Source: the human T2T-CHM13v2.0 reference genome, Homo sapiens. Taken from it: DNA of 64,000 bases. The position numbers were made by a program, and so were the translations under genes. The first letter of the stretch is position 1. Every line of letters starts with the position of its first letter. Positions 17,443 through 31,455 of this stretch are shown here, one piece after another. The notes under the pieces are model-generated. The model had not been told where the DNA came from. It saw only the letters and a list, made by a program, of their open reading frames with translations, and did not search any database. Where the stretch lies: NCBI RefSeq assembly GCF_009914755.1, contig NC_060931.1; one strand, given 5' to 3'.

Positions 17443-17675
17443 CCAATGGCTCTCAACTGGGGTGGTTTTGCTCACGTACCACTCCCTTGCTCCATGACAT
17501 TTGAAACCGTCTGGAGACATCTGGGGTAGCCATAGCTGGGAGGGTAGAGTGGCACCTAGAGGATGGAGACCAGAGATGCTGCTAACCATCCTACAATACA
17601 CGGGACGGCCCCACCACCACCACCATGAATGGTCTGACCCCAAGTGTTGTGACTGTGCCAAAGCTGAGAAACCCA
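17443..17675. mobile_element. MER20-like DNA transposon relic
   Basis: CAATGGCTCTCAACTGGGG...GTGCCAAAGCTGAGAAACCC termini resembling MER20. Confidence 0.7.
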
Positions 17676-18986
17676 GGTTTCTCCTCAGCAAGAAGGGAAA
17701 ATACCTGCAACGTGGATGCACCTCTACAGGAGCCCCAGGCTGACAATAACCTTCCTGATCTGGTTTCAACCCTGGATGCTTTTACCTGGTGCGTTAATCA
17801 GGGATTTCAGGGACTCCAGTGAGTTATCACCCTTGAATGCTCGGTTCTGCCTGACAACCCAGAAATCTCTGCCGAGGTGCCTGGTCTTGGGGAAGGCTGA
17901 GCAAATGGTTGAGGTTGATAACCAAATACCTAGGAGAGACTTGTCTCCCTCCAGGAAGAGCTGTTGGTCAGACACACCCTGGGATCATTCACAAGCGGTC
18001 AATAAAGGCTTGGGGAGGGCCAGGTTTTCTAGGCGTCTTAATGGGATGGGTGTTTATGGATACACAAGAAGCCTGTGAAACTTCTGATATTGGCAGGAAA
18101 TCAATGCCCCCCACCCTCCACCCCCCTGCCTCCCCACCATAAACACATGCCCTGCAGCAGGACTTGGCACTCAGGGTCTCCTGGGGTCCCGATTTACCTG
18201 CTAAAACATCCTTTAGCCAACACCGAATAAAGCAACCCCTTGCCACCCAACCACGAGATCACAGCCTGGGAGCCACTCCAAGGGACATCCAGTCACATTA
18301 AAACCTCAGCCATCCAGAGCACCAGGCCTGGTGATGAGAAAGAACATTTTATCCTTAAAAGCATCTGAATGCCCATGCTGCTTCTTGCAGAGAAAAGTCC
18401 AAAATAATCTGCTATTAAAGAATGAGGATGGTTTTGACATTTTTACCAAGCTAATGGTCTACACAGACAAAATCTCATAAAAGGGCACTCTGTTCTTCTT
18501 GATCCACTCAGACATGGCCTGTGAGTGAAGAAACAGGCTCTCCTCCTCAAAGAAATCACTGCTGATCCTCACACCAGCCTGACACTTCTTCATGGGTTCT
18601 TCAAAGAGAGTATTCCCATAGAAACTAAAAGGGAAGAGGAATGGGTCTGGCGGGCATTGTGGGCAGCAGTGGGCTTTGGGCCAAATTTTAAGTTTGAAAA
18701 TCAAGATTCCCTCTTTTCAAGGGGCCGCCAGACTGAGCAGATACAGGCGCCGCGAAAAGAGCGTGCCATATTCAGATTCAGGAAACAAGGATGGTTTCTG
18801 TTCAGTTCCTCCATCATCCTTCAGGTCATGCGATTCCCATTTCCCTTTGTGGACCAAAAAATTCAGTGGGGTTTCTGCCTTTTAAATATTTCATTATCAA
18901 CATATCATCATTTTAGCCTCCAGAAAGCATTTTAACATGGAGATTCTGGCTTAAGACTCTTGTGGGTCTGTCTGTCTCTCTCTCTC

Positions 18987-19355
<369 letters not shown>

Positions 19356-19979
19356 TAGTCCTAAGTCCCATTTATCCACCATACACTATGTGCCAGGCAC
19401 AACGCTAAGTCTTTCTATGGACGAGCATCCCTTAATCTCAGCAGTAACAACCCCAGGCAATGGGGCCTGTTGACAGATCCATTTGCCACTGAAGACAGTA
19501 AGGCTCAGAGAGGGTAAGTGGCTTGTGCCATGTCAGCCAGCTAAGGAGGGGCAGAACCAGGATGCAAACCCCAGCCGCCTGGCTCCAGACTCGCGTTCCC
19601 AAGGTCCCACTACGTTTGGTCACTGCAGTGCATTCTGGTATCCTGGTCTTTGGCAGAGTCCACGTAAAAGAAGGAGGTAGAGGGAGTGAGAGGGACTTCA
19701 CGCAATAAAGTTTCCTGATGTTACACTGCCACCGTAATTGTGTCCCCGACCAGAACCTCTCCCTTCTCATCCTTTCCGTGATCGGCCCTGGAAAACCTTC
19801 CAGAGAACTGTCCTCCTTCTCCCGGGATCTCAGAGAAAATTCACTCAGAGTTCAGTGTCCAGGTGACCCAAGCTCTGAATGCAGTAACGTGCACGGGGAG
19901 ATGAGGATGTCACCATGAGCAAGCCTCCCAGACAGCATCCGGGAGCAACCCCAAGACTGGGCAGGGGGGCTCTGATGCA

Positions 19980-20735
19980 GCCCACGGCGAGGAGGGCTGC
20001 CCGTGCTGCCTAAATGTGTTCAGAATGAAGGCCGCCCTCCCAGCTTTAACCCGGGGCAGGCCACGGAGCCTCCCGCCGCCCCTACCCCGCGTCCCCAGCA
20101 CCCCCGCGCTCCCGGCACCCCCGGACCCCCGCGCCCGCGTCACTTACTCCTCTGCCGTCGCCACCTGTCTGGGTGCCGGTCTCCTCCCTGCCCGGCCGCG
20201 GCGCGTCCTCCCCGTCCTCGCAGTCCTGGGGCTGTGCGCTTCCCCCCTCCAGCAAGAGCCGCAGCCTCTTCTCTTCGGGAGGGACGTCGTCCTCCTCCCT
20301 CCTGGGCCGGCCATCCCTGCCTCGGGGCTTGCCAGTGGCTTTGGAGCTGCCGGAAGGGCTGGCCATGGCTCCGGGGGCTCTGCCTGCATTTGGGGAAGAA
20401 GGACCCGGCGCAAGCGGCCTCTCGGCGGAGCTGGGGCGTCTGAGCGCGGGCTCGGAGGGTCCGCGCGGCGCGGAGGTGGGCACCGGGGCCGGCGCGGGCT
20501 CCTCTGCGGGCCGCTCCTGGCTCTCTGGCGCCCTCTGCTGGCCGCTCACGCGCACCTCCGCCACGCCGGGCCCGGGCCTGCGCCGCTCTCACCTGTCCTG
20601 GCCCGGGGGTCGCTGTCCCTTGCCCGTGGCCAGGCCCGCTCTGGCCAGGCCCTGCACCACCTCCCCGCCCCAACCAGGTTGCACCCCGATGGTCTCCCTG
20701 CTCAAGGAGGAGAGAAGAGAAGGGACGCCCCGAGA
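19980..20735. promoter_or_regulatory. CpG island, probable minus-strand promoter
   Basis: Very GC- and CpG-rich, not an Alu; contains an exon with a consensus donor. Confidence 0.85.
20148..20366 (-). CDS. Putative first-exon ORF, 73 codons (MASPSGSSKATGKPRGRDGRPRREEDDVPPEEKRLRL...GGDGRG); coding status uncertain
   Basis: GCCATGG Kozak context at 20366, open frame to a phase-0 GA|GTAAGT donor at 20148; recalled as paralogous to a far-upstream annotated RBFOX1 first exon. Confidence 0.45.
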
Positions 20736-22199
20736 GGGTGGACATCGGCCACAGCCACCTTGTCTTTGCTCTTACCCTGTGTCTTGCATGATTTGGAGGT
20801 GGTGGGAAAACCGAGGCTGCTCAAAACTCGTGGAGAATTCCGCCTGCAGGATGACATGAATGCACCTTCACATTGCCTACCAACAGATCTTTTTTGAGCA
20901 TCACTGTGGACCAGTCGTGGTGATGGGGGAGGGGATATTGTGGTGAACATGACAGGCATTGCCTTCACCCAGTGGGGCTCAGCGCTGGGTGAGAAGGCAT
21001 TGAGAATGGACATTGTCAATTGGGCCAAAGGAGGCCAAGGAGAAGTGCTGGGGACATGGGAACTAAAAAAGACAGGAGGCTCAGCAGGTCTTGGAGCTGG
21101 GAGAGTGACAGCAGCAGCGGCTGTTCCAAAGGAAGCAACAGCTGAGAGAGGTCTCAGAGAGTTGTTCTCAGCCCAGTGGAGGGTGTTCAGGCAGAGGGAA
21201 CAGCGTGTGCAAAAGCCCAGAGGCTGGGAAAGAAGCAGAAAGAGGACTGTGGTGCTGGAGCGTGGTGGACAAGGTGAGAGAGGTGTGGTGGGCGGACAGA
21301 TGGCCTGGGACCCAGCCGTGCAGGGGCAGAGGATATAGGGGATCCTTGCAGGCCCCCAGCCGGGGCTGAGGCACAGAGACAATGCAGGTGGGCAAAGGGA
21401 GGAGACGTGGAGAAATATTTTGGAGGCATGCCCTGATGAATGAGCCCAGGATGCACCCTTAGTGTCAGTGTGGAGCTCCTGCCTTGGCTGTGTGATGACC
21501 TGAACCCGGGGGTATTTTCTGGACATCGAAGTGCTACACCCAGAGTCCAGGACAGGCTAAGTGAGCACCAGCAGCTCCTGGCCCACCTCAAAAGCAGGAG
21601 AGACAGGGGAGACTGGGGAGGCCGGGGCGGAAGGGGAAGCCAGGAAGGCAGGAGAGGCCAGGGAAGCAGAGGAGGCCAGGGAGGCAGAGGAGGCAGGAGA
21701 GGCTGGGGAGGCTGTGTCCTTTCCATGATTCTGCCCAGGATCCTAGGTCCCTGTACTCCCTGAACTTCTCCACCCCAAGCGCTGGAAACATGTTGCACAA
21801 TGGTCTCCCCACTAAGCTCCTGATGGCAGCCCCTGCCCTGCTGTGCTCCCTATTTCAACCCTAACAGCTCTCACAGTGGGCAGCACATAGTAGGTGCTCA
21901 GGAAACACTGGTGGGAGAGCACATGGGTCTGCTCAGCACCTTCCTCTCTCCTCCAGCTCTCCCCTGTCACGAAATAATTCTGATAACGACACATGGGCTA
22001 TGAGACCCTCTTCTATTACTTTCCATATGCTAATCCATCTATACCCCACAGCAGCCCTGGGGTGGGTGCAATGAGGATGCCCATTTTATAGAGGAGGAAA
22101 CTGAGGTATAAAGAGGGTAAGTGACATAGGCACACTACAGGGGCTGGGGCCAAGTGATCAGAGCACTCAATCCCCAAAGGCAAGGTGGATGCAGTTACC

Positions 22200-22770
22200 A
22201 TAAAAGACAGCAGAGTCAAAGCTGCAACCAGAATAGCCTGACTCGCAGAGACCTATGGTGCCAGCTGATCGTGGCATTCCTAGAAGTGAAATAGATAAGA
22301 AGCCTGCCACATTTTTACTGGATCTGTGTTTGCAGAAGAGTTCTAGGTCAGGTGAGCAGAAGTCTAATCTGAATCATAAAAACAGAGTCACAGTCCCCAG
22401 TCAATTCCCAGACATAAGCCAGTTCACAGACCCGGAGTCCCTTGTCTGAATGGGAAGCCAGGTCCCCTCCAGAAAGGACTCTGCTCCACTGCAAAAAATT
22501 TATACTGTCAATCTTTCTCCCAGCCTGCCCCCAAGGGAATACACAGCCTTTTACCAGGATGACTGAACAGGAGAAAAGGAACTAATGGGCCCTGTGCAGG
22601 ATCACTGGACACAGGCTCTGAACTGGCACTAGGGCGAGACTAGGGTCTACCAGACAGAATAGGCATTTTGGAGGTCAGGTGAATGTTGGTGCAAGTTCAT
22701 GTCATGGTAGATCCATTGGGTCCCCAAATCCATCCTCTGGTTATATACAAAATGGCCATGTTGAGATTTA
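22200..22770 (+). mobile_element. ERV-L-type internal fragment (degenerate)
   Basis: CTGGACACAGGCTCTGAACTGGCACTA reads LDTGSELAL, a retroviral protease-like motif; flanks resemble ERVL internal sequence. Confidence 0.55.
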
Positions 22771-22917
22771 AATTCATGGCATCCAACTTAGAGGCTGTGC
22801 TCTTACTCATGAAACATTCTGACACTACTAACCAATTTAAAAATGCAAACACCTCCTGGGGCTAGCGAGAGTCCTCCAAACAGTCATGTTAATTGGTTCT
22901 GTCAATCCTCCTACCCA

Positions 22918-22928
22918 CCCCCCCCCTC

Positions 22929-22968
<40 letters not shown>
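22918..22968. repeat. poly(C) tract
   Basis: 39 uninterrupted C at 22930-22968 preceded by further C runs. Confidence 0.95.
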
Positions 22969-22969
<1 letters not shown>

Positions 22970-23149
22970 CGCGGAGAGCCAGTTGCAAGGAGAGACTAGG
23001 GAAGGGCATTGGGTAACTTTGTTGCTAAAAGCTCTTCTGGATAAAGAAGAGCTTTATCCAGGAAAAAGAAGCAAAATAGAGTTCAGCAGAAGTTGAGAAA
23101 AGAAGCAAATAGAGTTCAGCAGAAGAGGTAAGAAAGTAAGTTTATGTTT

Positions 23150-23450
23150 GACCACGCACGGTGGCTCACGCCTGTAATCCTAGCACTTTGGGAAGCCAAG
23201 GTGGACAGATCACGAGGTCAAGAGATCGCACCATCCTGGCCAACATGGTGAAGCCCCGTCTGTACTAAAAATTCAAAAATTAGCTGGCCATGATGGCACA
23301 CGCCTGTAGTCCCAGCTTCTCGGGAGCCTGAGTCAGGAGAATCACTTGAACGCAGGAGGCAGAGGTTGCAGTGGGCCGAGATCATGCCACTACATCCAAC
23401 CCCGTGACAGAACAAGACTCCATCTCATAAAACAAAACAAACAAACAAAA
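23150..23450 (+). mobile_element. Alu
   Basis: Both arms, (CAAA)n tail. Confidence 0.95.
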
Positions 23451-23642
23451 GTAAGCTTATTTTTAAGCCTGAACAAGTGTAGTGGTTTAGGGGTTCTGCA
23501 AACACGGCCCCAATCAGGCTACAAGATGTTGTGGCAGCAATATTTACAGCCAGTCACTCCTGGCTGGCTGAGCCACTTTTCAAAACACGCTTGCACGGCT
23601 GTGCAGAGCGGCTGGCTCCACTGGCAGCCGGCAGAGCCATAA

Positions 23643-23975
<333 letters not shown>

Positions 23976-24729
23976 CTGGTAAGCACTTTTAATCAATGCA
24001 ACAGGAATAAACATTTGCTGCAGAGCGGCAACGTGCAGGGAGGAACATGGTTCCACTCAGGCTCAGAAAGCAAAACCTCCTGGCTGTTTGCATCTATGCA
24101 AGAGCTCGCAGGAAAAGCCCTCTGTGTGGCTGCCAGCCTCACACACTCCCCCCAAGGGGTGAGTTTCTCTTTCCATGTTAATCTATGCTCTGATGTGCCA
24201 TCTGTCAACAACCACACCATTCTCAGTTGCCATTTCAAAGCATCTTTGCCCTGTGAATGGTCACCAGCCCTGCCCTGCAAGCCCCCAGTTCACATTGAAC
24301 TTAAATGAGAGAGAAAGCAGGTTTTGGGGTGGATTTCAGTTCAGCATCTTGGAGTCTCTGTGTGGACATGAAATCTGTCTCTCCAGCTGTGGGCTGCATC
24401 TTTGTTTGTCATCTGGTTTGGTTCTTGGGGACTTGGAAACTCGTGGGCACCTTTGCAATTTGTCAAGAAGCTGCACGGCCCTTCCAACAAAAGCAAGGAA
24501 TAGGAACAGAAGCCCAAGGCTTCAGATCAATGTGCAACTTAAAGCAGCCTCAGTGTAAAAGCAAACAAGAGTCAGAGGGATGCCTAAGGCAGAGTCTAGT
24601 CCCCAGGGCAGCTATAAGGCAAAGGGAAAGAGAGAGAGAGACAGAGACAGAAAGACAGAGAGAGATGGGAGGAGACATGAGGCACCCAGGCCTCTGCATC
24701 AAAATCCCTACAAGAGGGGCCTCCTAAAA

Positions 24730-24991
24730 ATGCAGGAGGCTGAGGTGGGTGCACACAGAAGTTCAAGACTAGCCTGGGCAACATAGCAAGACCGTGTCTT
24801 TACAAAAAATACAAAAATTAGCCGGGTGTGGTGGTGTATGTCTGTGGTCCCAGTTACCCAGGTGGCTGAGGTGGGAGGATGGCTTGAGCCCAGGAGGTAG
24901 AGCTGCAGCGAGCTGAGATAGCACCACTACACTCCAGCCTGGGCAACAGAGTGAGACTTCATCTCAAAAAAATTTTAAAAAAATTTTAAAA
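24730..24991 (+). mobile_element. Alu (AluJ-like), 5'-truncated
   Basis: Partial left arm, right arm, A-rich tail. Confidence 0.85.
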
Positions 24992-25550
24992 AGGATCACC
25001 CTGGCTACTTGAATGGGCAATAAGAAGGTAAGAGCAGAAGCAAGGAGACCAGCAGGGAGATTCTGCAGGTGGGAGTCCACAGTGGCTCAGACCAGGCTGG
25101 CGCTGAAAACTGCCTGAATTCTGTATATATTTTGATGATGAAGCAACTCACCGACTCTTGAAGAGTGGGCTCTAGGAGACTGTATTTTTAACAAGCTCTC
25201 AGAGGATACTAATGCAGGCTGAATTTGAAGAACTGGTTTAGGTGAAGCTTATCTTTCATTCTTGGGGAAGTACCTACTGACTTTTCTCTAAGTCACCTCA
25301 AAAGAGGTGCTAGACAAGATGTGCTCCAATGTCTGAACATGTGTGCACAACTCTAGAGCCAACCTCAGGACACTGAGTCAAAGGTTAGTAGTACAACAGT
25401 GAACAACCACCATCCTCTTTTCAATGAGCTTTGCATTTAATGAGAGAAATAAAAAGCAAAAAAAAAAAAATCATTTTCAACTCAGAATGGTAAAAGTTAT
25501 GGTGACAGTATGCCTGGGGCAATGGGAGCACATAGAAGGGGCATCCGATT

Positions 25551-25856
<306 letters not shown>

Positions 25857-27839
25857 GCCCGGAGGTGGGTGGGCATGCAATCTCTATCAGGTGGTGAGAA
25901 ATCCTTCTCCACCACAGGACTCCTCAGTTGAAGACTACAAAATGGTAGGATTTAGCCAGGTCGATAGGAGAGGTGTGGAAGATCATTCCCAGCAGAGGGA
26001 AGAGCATGTGCACAAATCGAGACGTGAGAGGGTGAGGAGCTGAGAGATGTTTATATAATTATAAAAATTGACTAATATAGAGGTAAGTTGGAGCCAAATC
26101 TTAAAGGTTATTTGTCGTGTTTATCCTGTAGACAAAGGGAGACAGTAGATGTTTTTATGCAGGGGAGTAATGATCCACTTTGTGCTATAAAAAGAGCAGT
26201 CTGACTGGAGGAGAGTGGGAGGTGAGTAGACCAGGTAGGAGGCTGCAATACGCCAAGTGAGACAAGATGGTTGGCTAGACCAAGGCTGTGGCAGTGAGGA
26301 TGGAGAGGAGACAGTAGACTAACTTGACTGAGACAGAGGGAGGAATGAAGGAGGAGGCCCAGGTGTTTTGGAAGCTGGGTGGATGGTGGTGTGAATCTGA
26401 TGTGATGAGCCCAGGCAGAAGAGGAAATCAGGAGAGGCAAGGTAAGATGAGGTCAATGCAAGAAAGACAGCCAAGTGGAGATAAAAACTGGGCCGTTGGA
26501 TTCGTCAGCCTGGAGTTATACAGAGAGCTCTGAAATGGAAATAAAGAGGAAAGGACTTTGGGAATAGGTGAATCCTCCCAGAATAATGTGTAGAGAAAAG
26601 AGAATAGAACACAGGGGACAGAAAAAGGGAAGAGATTTGTTATTAAAACCAACCATCCATCAGACATCTTCCAATACAACACTTGTTAGAGGTTTCCTCA
26701 GTGTGAGTTATTCAGGACCAGAGCTAAAGACCATATTCCCAATAAAATCACGACTGGGAAGGTCTTCATGAAAACATTTAATGCTGCTTTTAAAACAACA
26801 ACAACAACAAAAAGGCTTTAGCTACTGCACAGACCCTGGAGCAATTTTTTGGCAAGAGTCTATCAAACACGAATCTGATCTGACTCAAGGAAGTGTCATA
26901 TCAAGTGTAAAAATCCAATTCCAATGTTCATAACAGCCTTTCTGCCAGGTACAAGACCGTAATCCAGTTGAAGTGATTTTCTATGATTAATAGTCTGGGA
27001 ATACACAGGTTGTTGGTTTTTGAGATTTCCCTCCCTGTACCTTCATGCCAGCTGTGAAAGAGTCAAAAGGCTCCTAACTGTCAAAATAAAAATGACACTT
27101 GGTCACAGAGGAAACAGATTATAGGTCAAACACATTGATGACTTTTTAACTATGAGAAGCCATTAATGTTACTGAATAAGCAAATCTGTTTGCATAACCA
27201 GATTTGTATAGGCTACTGGGAATAAAGGTTTTCCTAAGTGGGTGATTTGTACAACGATAACCTTTGGGTCTCTGATGGAACAGCTCTGATGAGGAAATGT
27301 TCCTTTAATTATGTGGAAGGCCAATTACCATGTTATAGCCACATTGTTTTGCAGATTGCATATAATTTCACCATTTCCATAGCTTCAGCACTATAATTCT
27401 GGAGAAAATTCAGGCACCAAGGAGACACTTGAGGCACACTATGCTGGAGACAAAGATGTTTTAGCGAATTCAATTTAAGCTTCAACATTAAAGTTATTTT
27501 GTTGAATAAAACATAATGCAATAATGAGCTTGTGTATGTCAACTCTATAGTGCAGGTAATAATAGCTAGAGAGAGCATGTCCCGTCTCCTCTTTTTAATG
27601 CTCATTCGAGTAATACATAATGCTATAGAAAGAACCTTTCTCTAATATGTGCTTCATCTCAGGCTGAGCGTGTTTTGGGCAACTGTGCTTCATGAAAAAG
27701 AAAAAAAAGTAAAGGATCTAATTTGGGAGCCATTCACAAAAGTGCTACCACTTGATGTTTTTTTATACTCTGAGATTTCTTATTCCCAGTGCCTACCAGG
27801 AATGGACTTTCTGGAGAAGCTCAGATTAATCACTCCTTA

Positions 27840-29227
27840 TGAGAGGTGACAGCATGCTGGCAGCCCTCACAGCCCTCGCTCGCTCTCAGTGCCTCCTCTG
27901 CCTGGGCTCCCACTTTGTCGGCACTTGAGGAGCCCTTCAGCCCGCGGCTGCATGGTGGGAGCCCCTTTCTGGGCTGGCCAAGGTCGGAGCTGGCTCCCTC
28001 AGCTTGCAGGGAGGTGTGGAGAGAGAGACGTGAGCCGGAACCGGGGCTACGAGCGCTGCTTGCCTGCCGGCTGGAGTTCCAGGTGGGCGTGGGTTTGGCA
28101 GCCCCGCACTAGGAGCTGCCGGCTGGCCTTGCCGGCCGGGGCAGTGAGGGGCTTAGCACCTGGGCCAGCAGCTACTGTGCTCGACTTCTCGCCGGGCCTT
28201 AGCTGCCTCCCCGCGGGGCAGGGCTCGGGACCTGCAGCCCGCCATTCCTTAGCCTCCCCACTCCGTGGTCTCCTGTGCGGCCCGAGCCTCCCCGACGAAC
28301 ACCGCTCCCTGCTCCACGGCACCCAGTCCCATCGACCACCCAAGGGATGAAGAGTGTGGGCACACGGAGAGGGACTGGCAGGCAGCTCCACCTGCAGCTC
28401 CTGTGCGGGATCCACTGGGTGAAGCCAGCTGGGCTCCTGAGTCTGATGGGGACTTGTAGAACCTTTATGTCTAGCTAAGGGATTGTAAATACACCACTCG
28501 ACACTCTGTATCTAGATCAAGGTTTGTAAACACACCAATCAGCACCCTGTGTCTAGCTCAGGGTTTGTGAATGCAGCAATCGACACTCTGTATCTAGCCA
28601 TTATGGTGGGGACTTGGAGAACCTTTGTGTGGACACTCTGTATCTAGCTAATCTAGTGGGGACGTGGGGAGACTTTGTGTCTAGCTCAGGGATTGTAAAG
28701 GCACCAATCAGCACCCTGTCAAAACACACCATTCAGGATCTCTGTAAAATGGACCAATCAGCAGGATGTGGGTGGGGCCAGGTAAGAGAATAAAAGCAGG
28801 CTGCCCGAGCCAGCAGTGGCAACCAGCTGGAGTCCCCTTCCACACTGTGGAAGCTTGTTCTTTCGCTCTTTGCAATAAATCTTGTTGCTGCTCACTGTTT
28901 GGGTCCACACTGCCTTTATGAGCTGTAACACTCACCGAGAAGGTCTGCAGCTTCACTCCTGAAGCCAGCAAGACCATGAACCCACCAGGAGAAATGAACA
29001 ACTCCAGACGTGCAGCCTTAAGAGCTGTAACACTCACCGTGAAGGTCTGCAGCTTCACTCCTGAGCCAGCGAGACCACGAACCCCACCAGAAGGAAGAAG
29101 CTTCGAACACATCCGAACATCAGAAGGAAAAAACTCCAGACACGCCAACTTTAAGAAGTGTAACACTCACCAGGAGGGTCCGCGGCTTCATTCTTGAAGT
29201 CAGTGAGACCCACCAATTCTGGACACG
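27840..29227 (+). mobile_element. Solo LTR12 (ERV9 LTR, LTR12C-like)
   Basis: Starts TGAGAGGTGACAGC, ends CCAATTCTGGACAC(G); CCAATCAGCACCCTGT/TCTAGCT U3 repeats; U5 GGTCTGCAGCTTCACTCCTGA repeats; 4-bp TSD CTTA at 27836-27839 and 29228-29231. Confidence 0.95.
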
Positions 29228-29629
29228 CTTATACACTTGGCACTGGGAGGTCTGTATGGAGCAAGTGAAGAAATCAGCAGAGTGAAGATAGAGGGAGAAC
29301 AACATGATGGGGGAAAGGCAAAGTTACTGCCATGTTGGTTTCAATGCTGCCACTCATGAGTGAGACCCATGACCTCCTCTCTCTAGGACTCTGTTGTCCT
29401 TATCTGTAGAGTGGAGGAATAGAAGGGCCTTTTAAAGTATTAACATTTCCTGACCTATCTGTAAACTGATGGGAATCTTGACTACTTTGCCAAGAGGACA
29501 TAATAATCATCAAGCTGAATGCACCAAACAACATTGCCTGAAACTAAGCAAAAACTGAGAAAGTTACACAGGACAGACAAACCTCCTATAAGAGTAAGAA
29601 CTCTTTAGCACATGCTTAGTGTATCAAAG

Positions 29630-30000
29630 ACAATGCTGTGTTCACACCATTCCTCTTCCTGGACATGCAGAAAGACTACATTTCCCAGCCTTACTTGCAG
29701 TTAGTTTGGAACCATGTGACTGCATTTCCACCAATAGGAATGTAAGAAATCCCTTCAGGCCAAGGTTGTCAAAGGCAAGTGTGAGCTATGTTCCCTCTCT
29801 TCCTATCCATATGGCTACAAGTGAAAAACTCTGAGATGGCAGAATTAAAAGATGGAAACCTCCAGAATCTCTGAATCACTGTTGGACAAGGGCCCCCAAG
29901 GAGAACCCCTGCCCTGCACCAGACTATGCTATGGGTGCCAACCCACTGAGAGTTCAGGGTTTATTCGTCTCAGCAGCAGTCTATTGTTACACTGACTAAC
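29630..30000. mobile_element. MaLR (MLT1-like) LTR relic
   Basis: TACATTTCCCAGCC...CCATGTGACT...CTGACTAACA pattern. Confidence 0.6.
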
Positions 30001-30525
30001 ATCCTAAGGTTTGAGCAATCTAGCATATTGTTAATTGAAGCTAGATTTCAATTACACTGAGAAACTTATCTATTTAAAAATAAAAACTCTCCTAAAAAAA
30101 ACAAATAATCCACATTCCTTTTAACAACATGTGGCGAATTTGCACAAAAAAACACAACAAAACAAAAAAAAAAAACTGGCCACATATTAGGCCATAAAGA
30201 AGTCTCAACAAAATCCACTATACAATTGACATTGTCCAGACCACATTTTCCTGACCATAATGCAACAAAATTAGAAGTCAACAGCAAGAAGATAGCTAAA
30301 CACAAGCATACATTAGGAAAATTAAAAATATCCTTTCATGAGTTAAATGAAAAATCACAATAGAAATTACTAAACATTTACAACTGAATGAAAACACAAC
30401 TTTATATATATGTATGTATTTTTTTGTGTGTGAGTCTTCCAACTTTGTTCTTCTTTTACAAGGTTATTTGGGAAATTCTGGGTCTCCTGCAATTCCTCAT
30501 AGAGTTTTATGCTGTTTGTCAATTT

Positions 30526-30908
30526 CTGTGGCTGGGATGAACTTATCGTAGTTCTCATAGACCAGGGTTTGCATGTCGCTGTCTAGAGCCCGGATCTGCT
30601 GCACCATGTCCGTCTCACTGTCCATCAGCTGGGCCAGAGAGCACTCTCTAGGCAGCTTGTCTAGGTAAACTTCCGGGTCGAAGTGCGCCCCGTTCAGATC
30701 AGTGGGGTCCAGGGGGTCGGGCCCCACGGGGAGTCCCACCGCCTCCCCTTCCGAGAGGCCGTTGTAAAGCTTTAGCATCCTGTGCGCCTTCTGCCGACGC
30801 TCCGTGAGCCTCCACATCGGGCCCTTTTGGGGAGTCCCCAGGTCCACACCCCGGGCTAGGCCCAGTGACAGCTGCCGCCGCCATAGCTCCAACTGCAGCC
30901 CACGGGCG
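30526..30908 (-). pseudogene. VPS51 processed pseudogene (5'UTR plus first two exons, frameshifted)
   Basis: [19 protein letters not shown], then in another frame [17 protein letters not shown]...[12 protein letters not shown]...[16 protein letters not shown], matching the VPS51 N-terminus; no intron; ATG at 30884. Confidence 0.92.
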
Positions 30909-31091
30909 TAACTTTTTATATTTTTAAGTTGGATATATGGAGCTACTTGGCTTTTGCTTTCATCACATCGTTGAGGAAAGAGGTGGTTGCTTATGGTACC
31001 CCTGTTTTTACTGCAACCTGTAATGGATCAGAAACTCCCTGTTGCAGAGAGCAAAACGCTGAACTAAATTGTGCCCTGTGTTGTGAACTAA

Positions 31092-31455
<364 letters not shown>

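Noticed and set aside
18459-18704. Protein-like ORF (...AMSEWIKKNRVPFYEILSV)
   Set aside because: Non-ATG start and no family I can recognise; cannot be supported without a search
20003-20897. Several long overlapping plus-strand ORFs
   Set aside because: Stop-codon scarcity in a GC-rich island; no recognisable homology or splice support
21187-21798. Pro/Leu-rich 203-aa ORF
   Set aside because: Derived from a purine-rich low-complexity repeat at about 21600-21710
23063-23125. Short direct duplication AAAAGAAGCAAA(A)TAGAGTTCAGCAGAAG
   Set aside because: Simple local slippage duplication with no further structure
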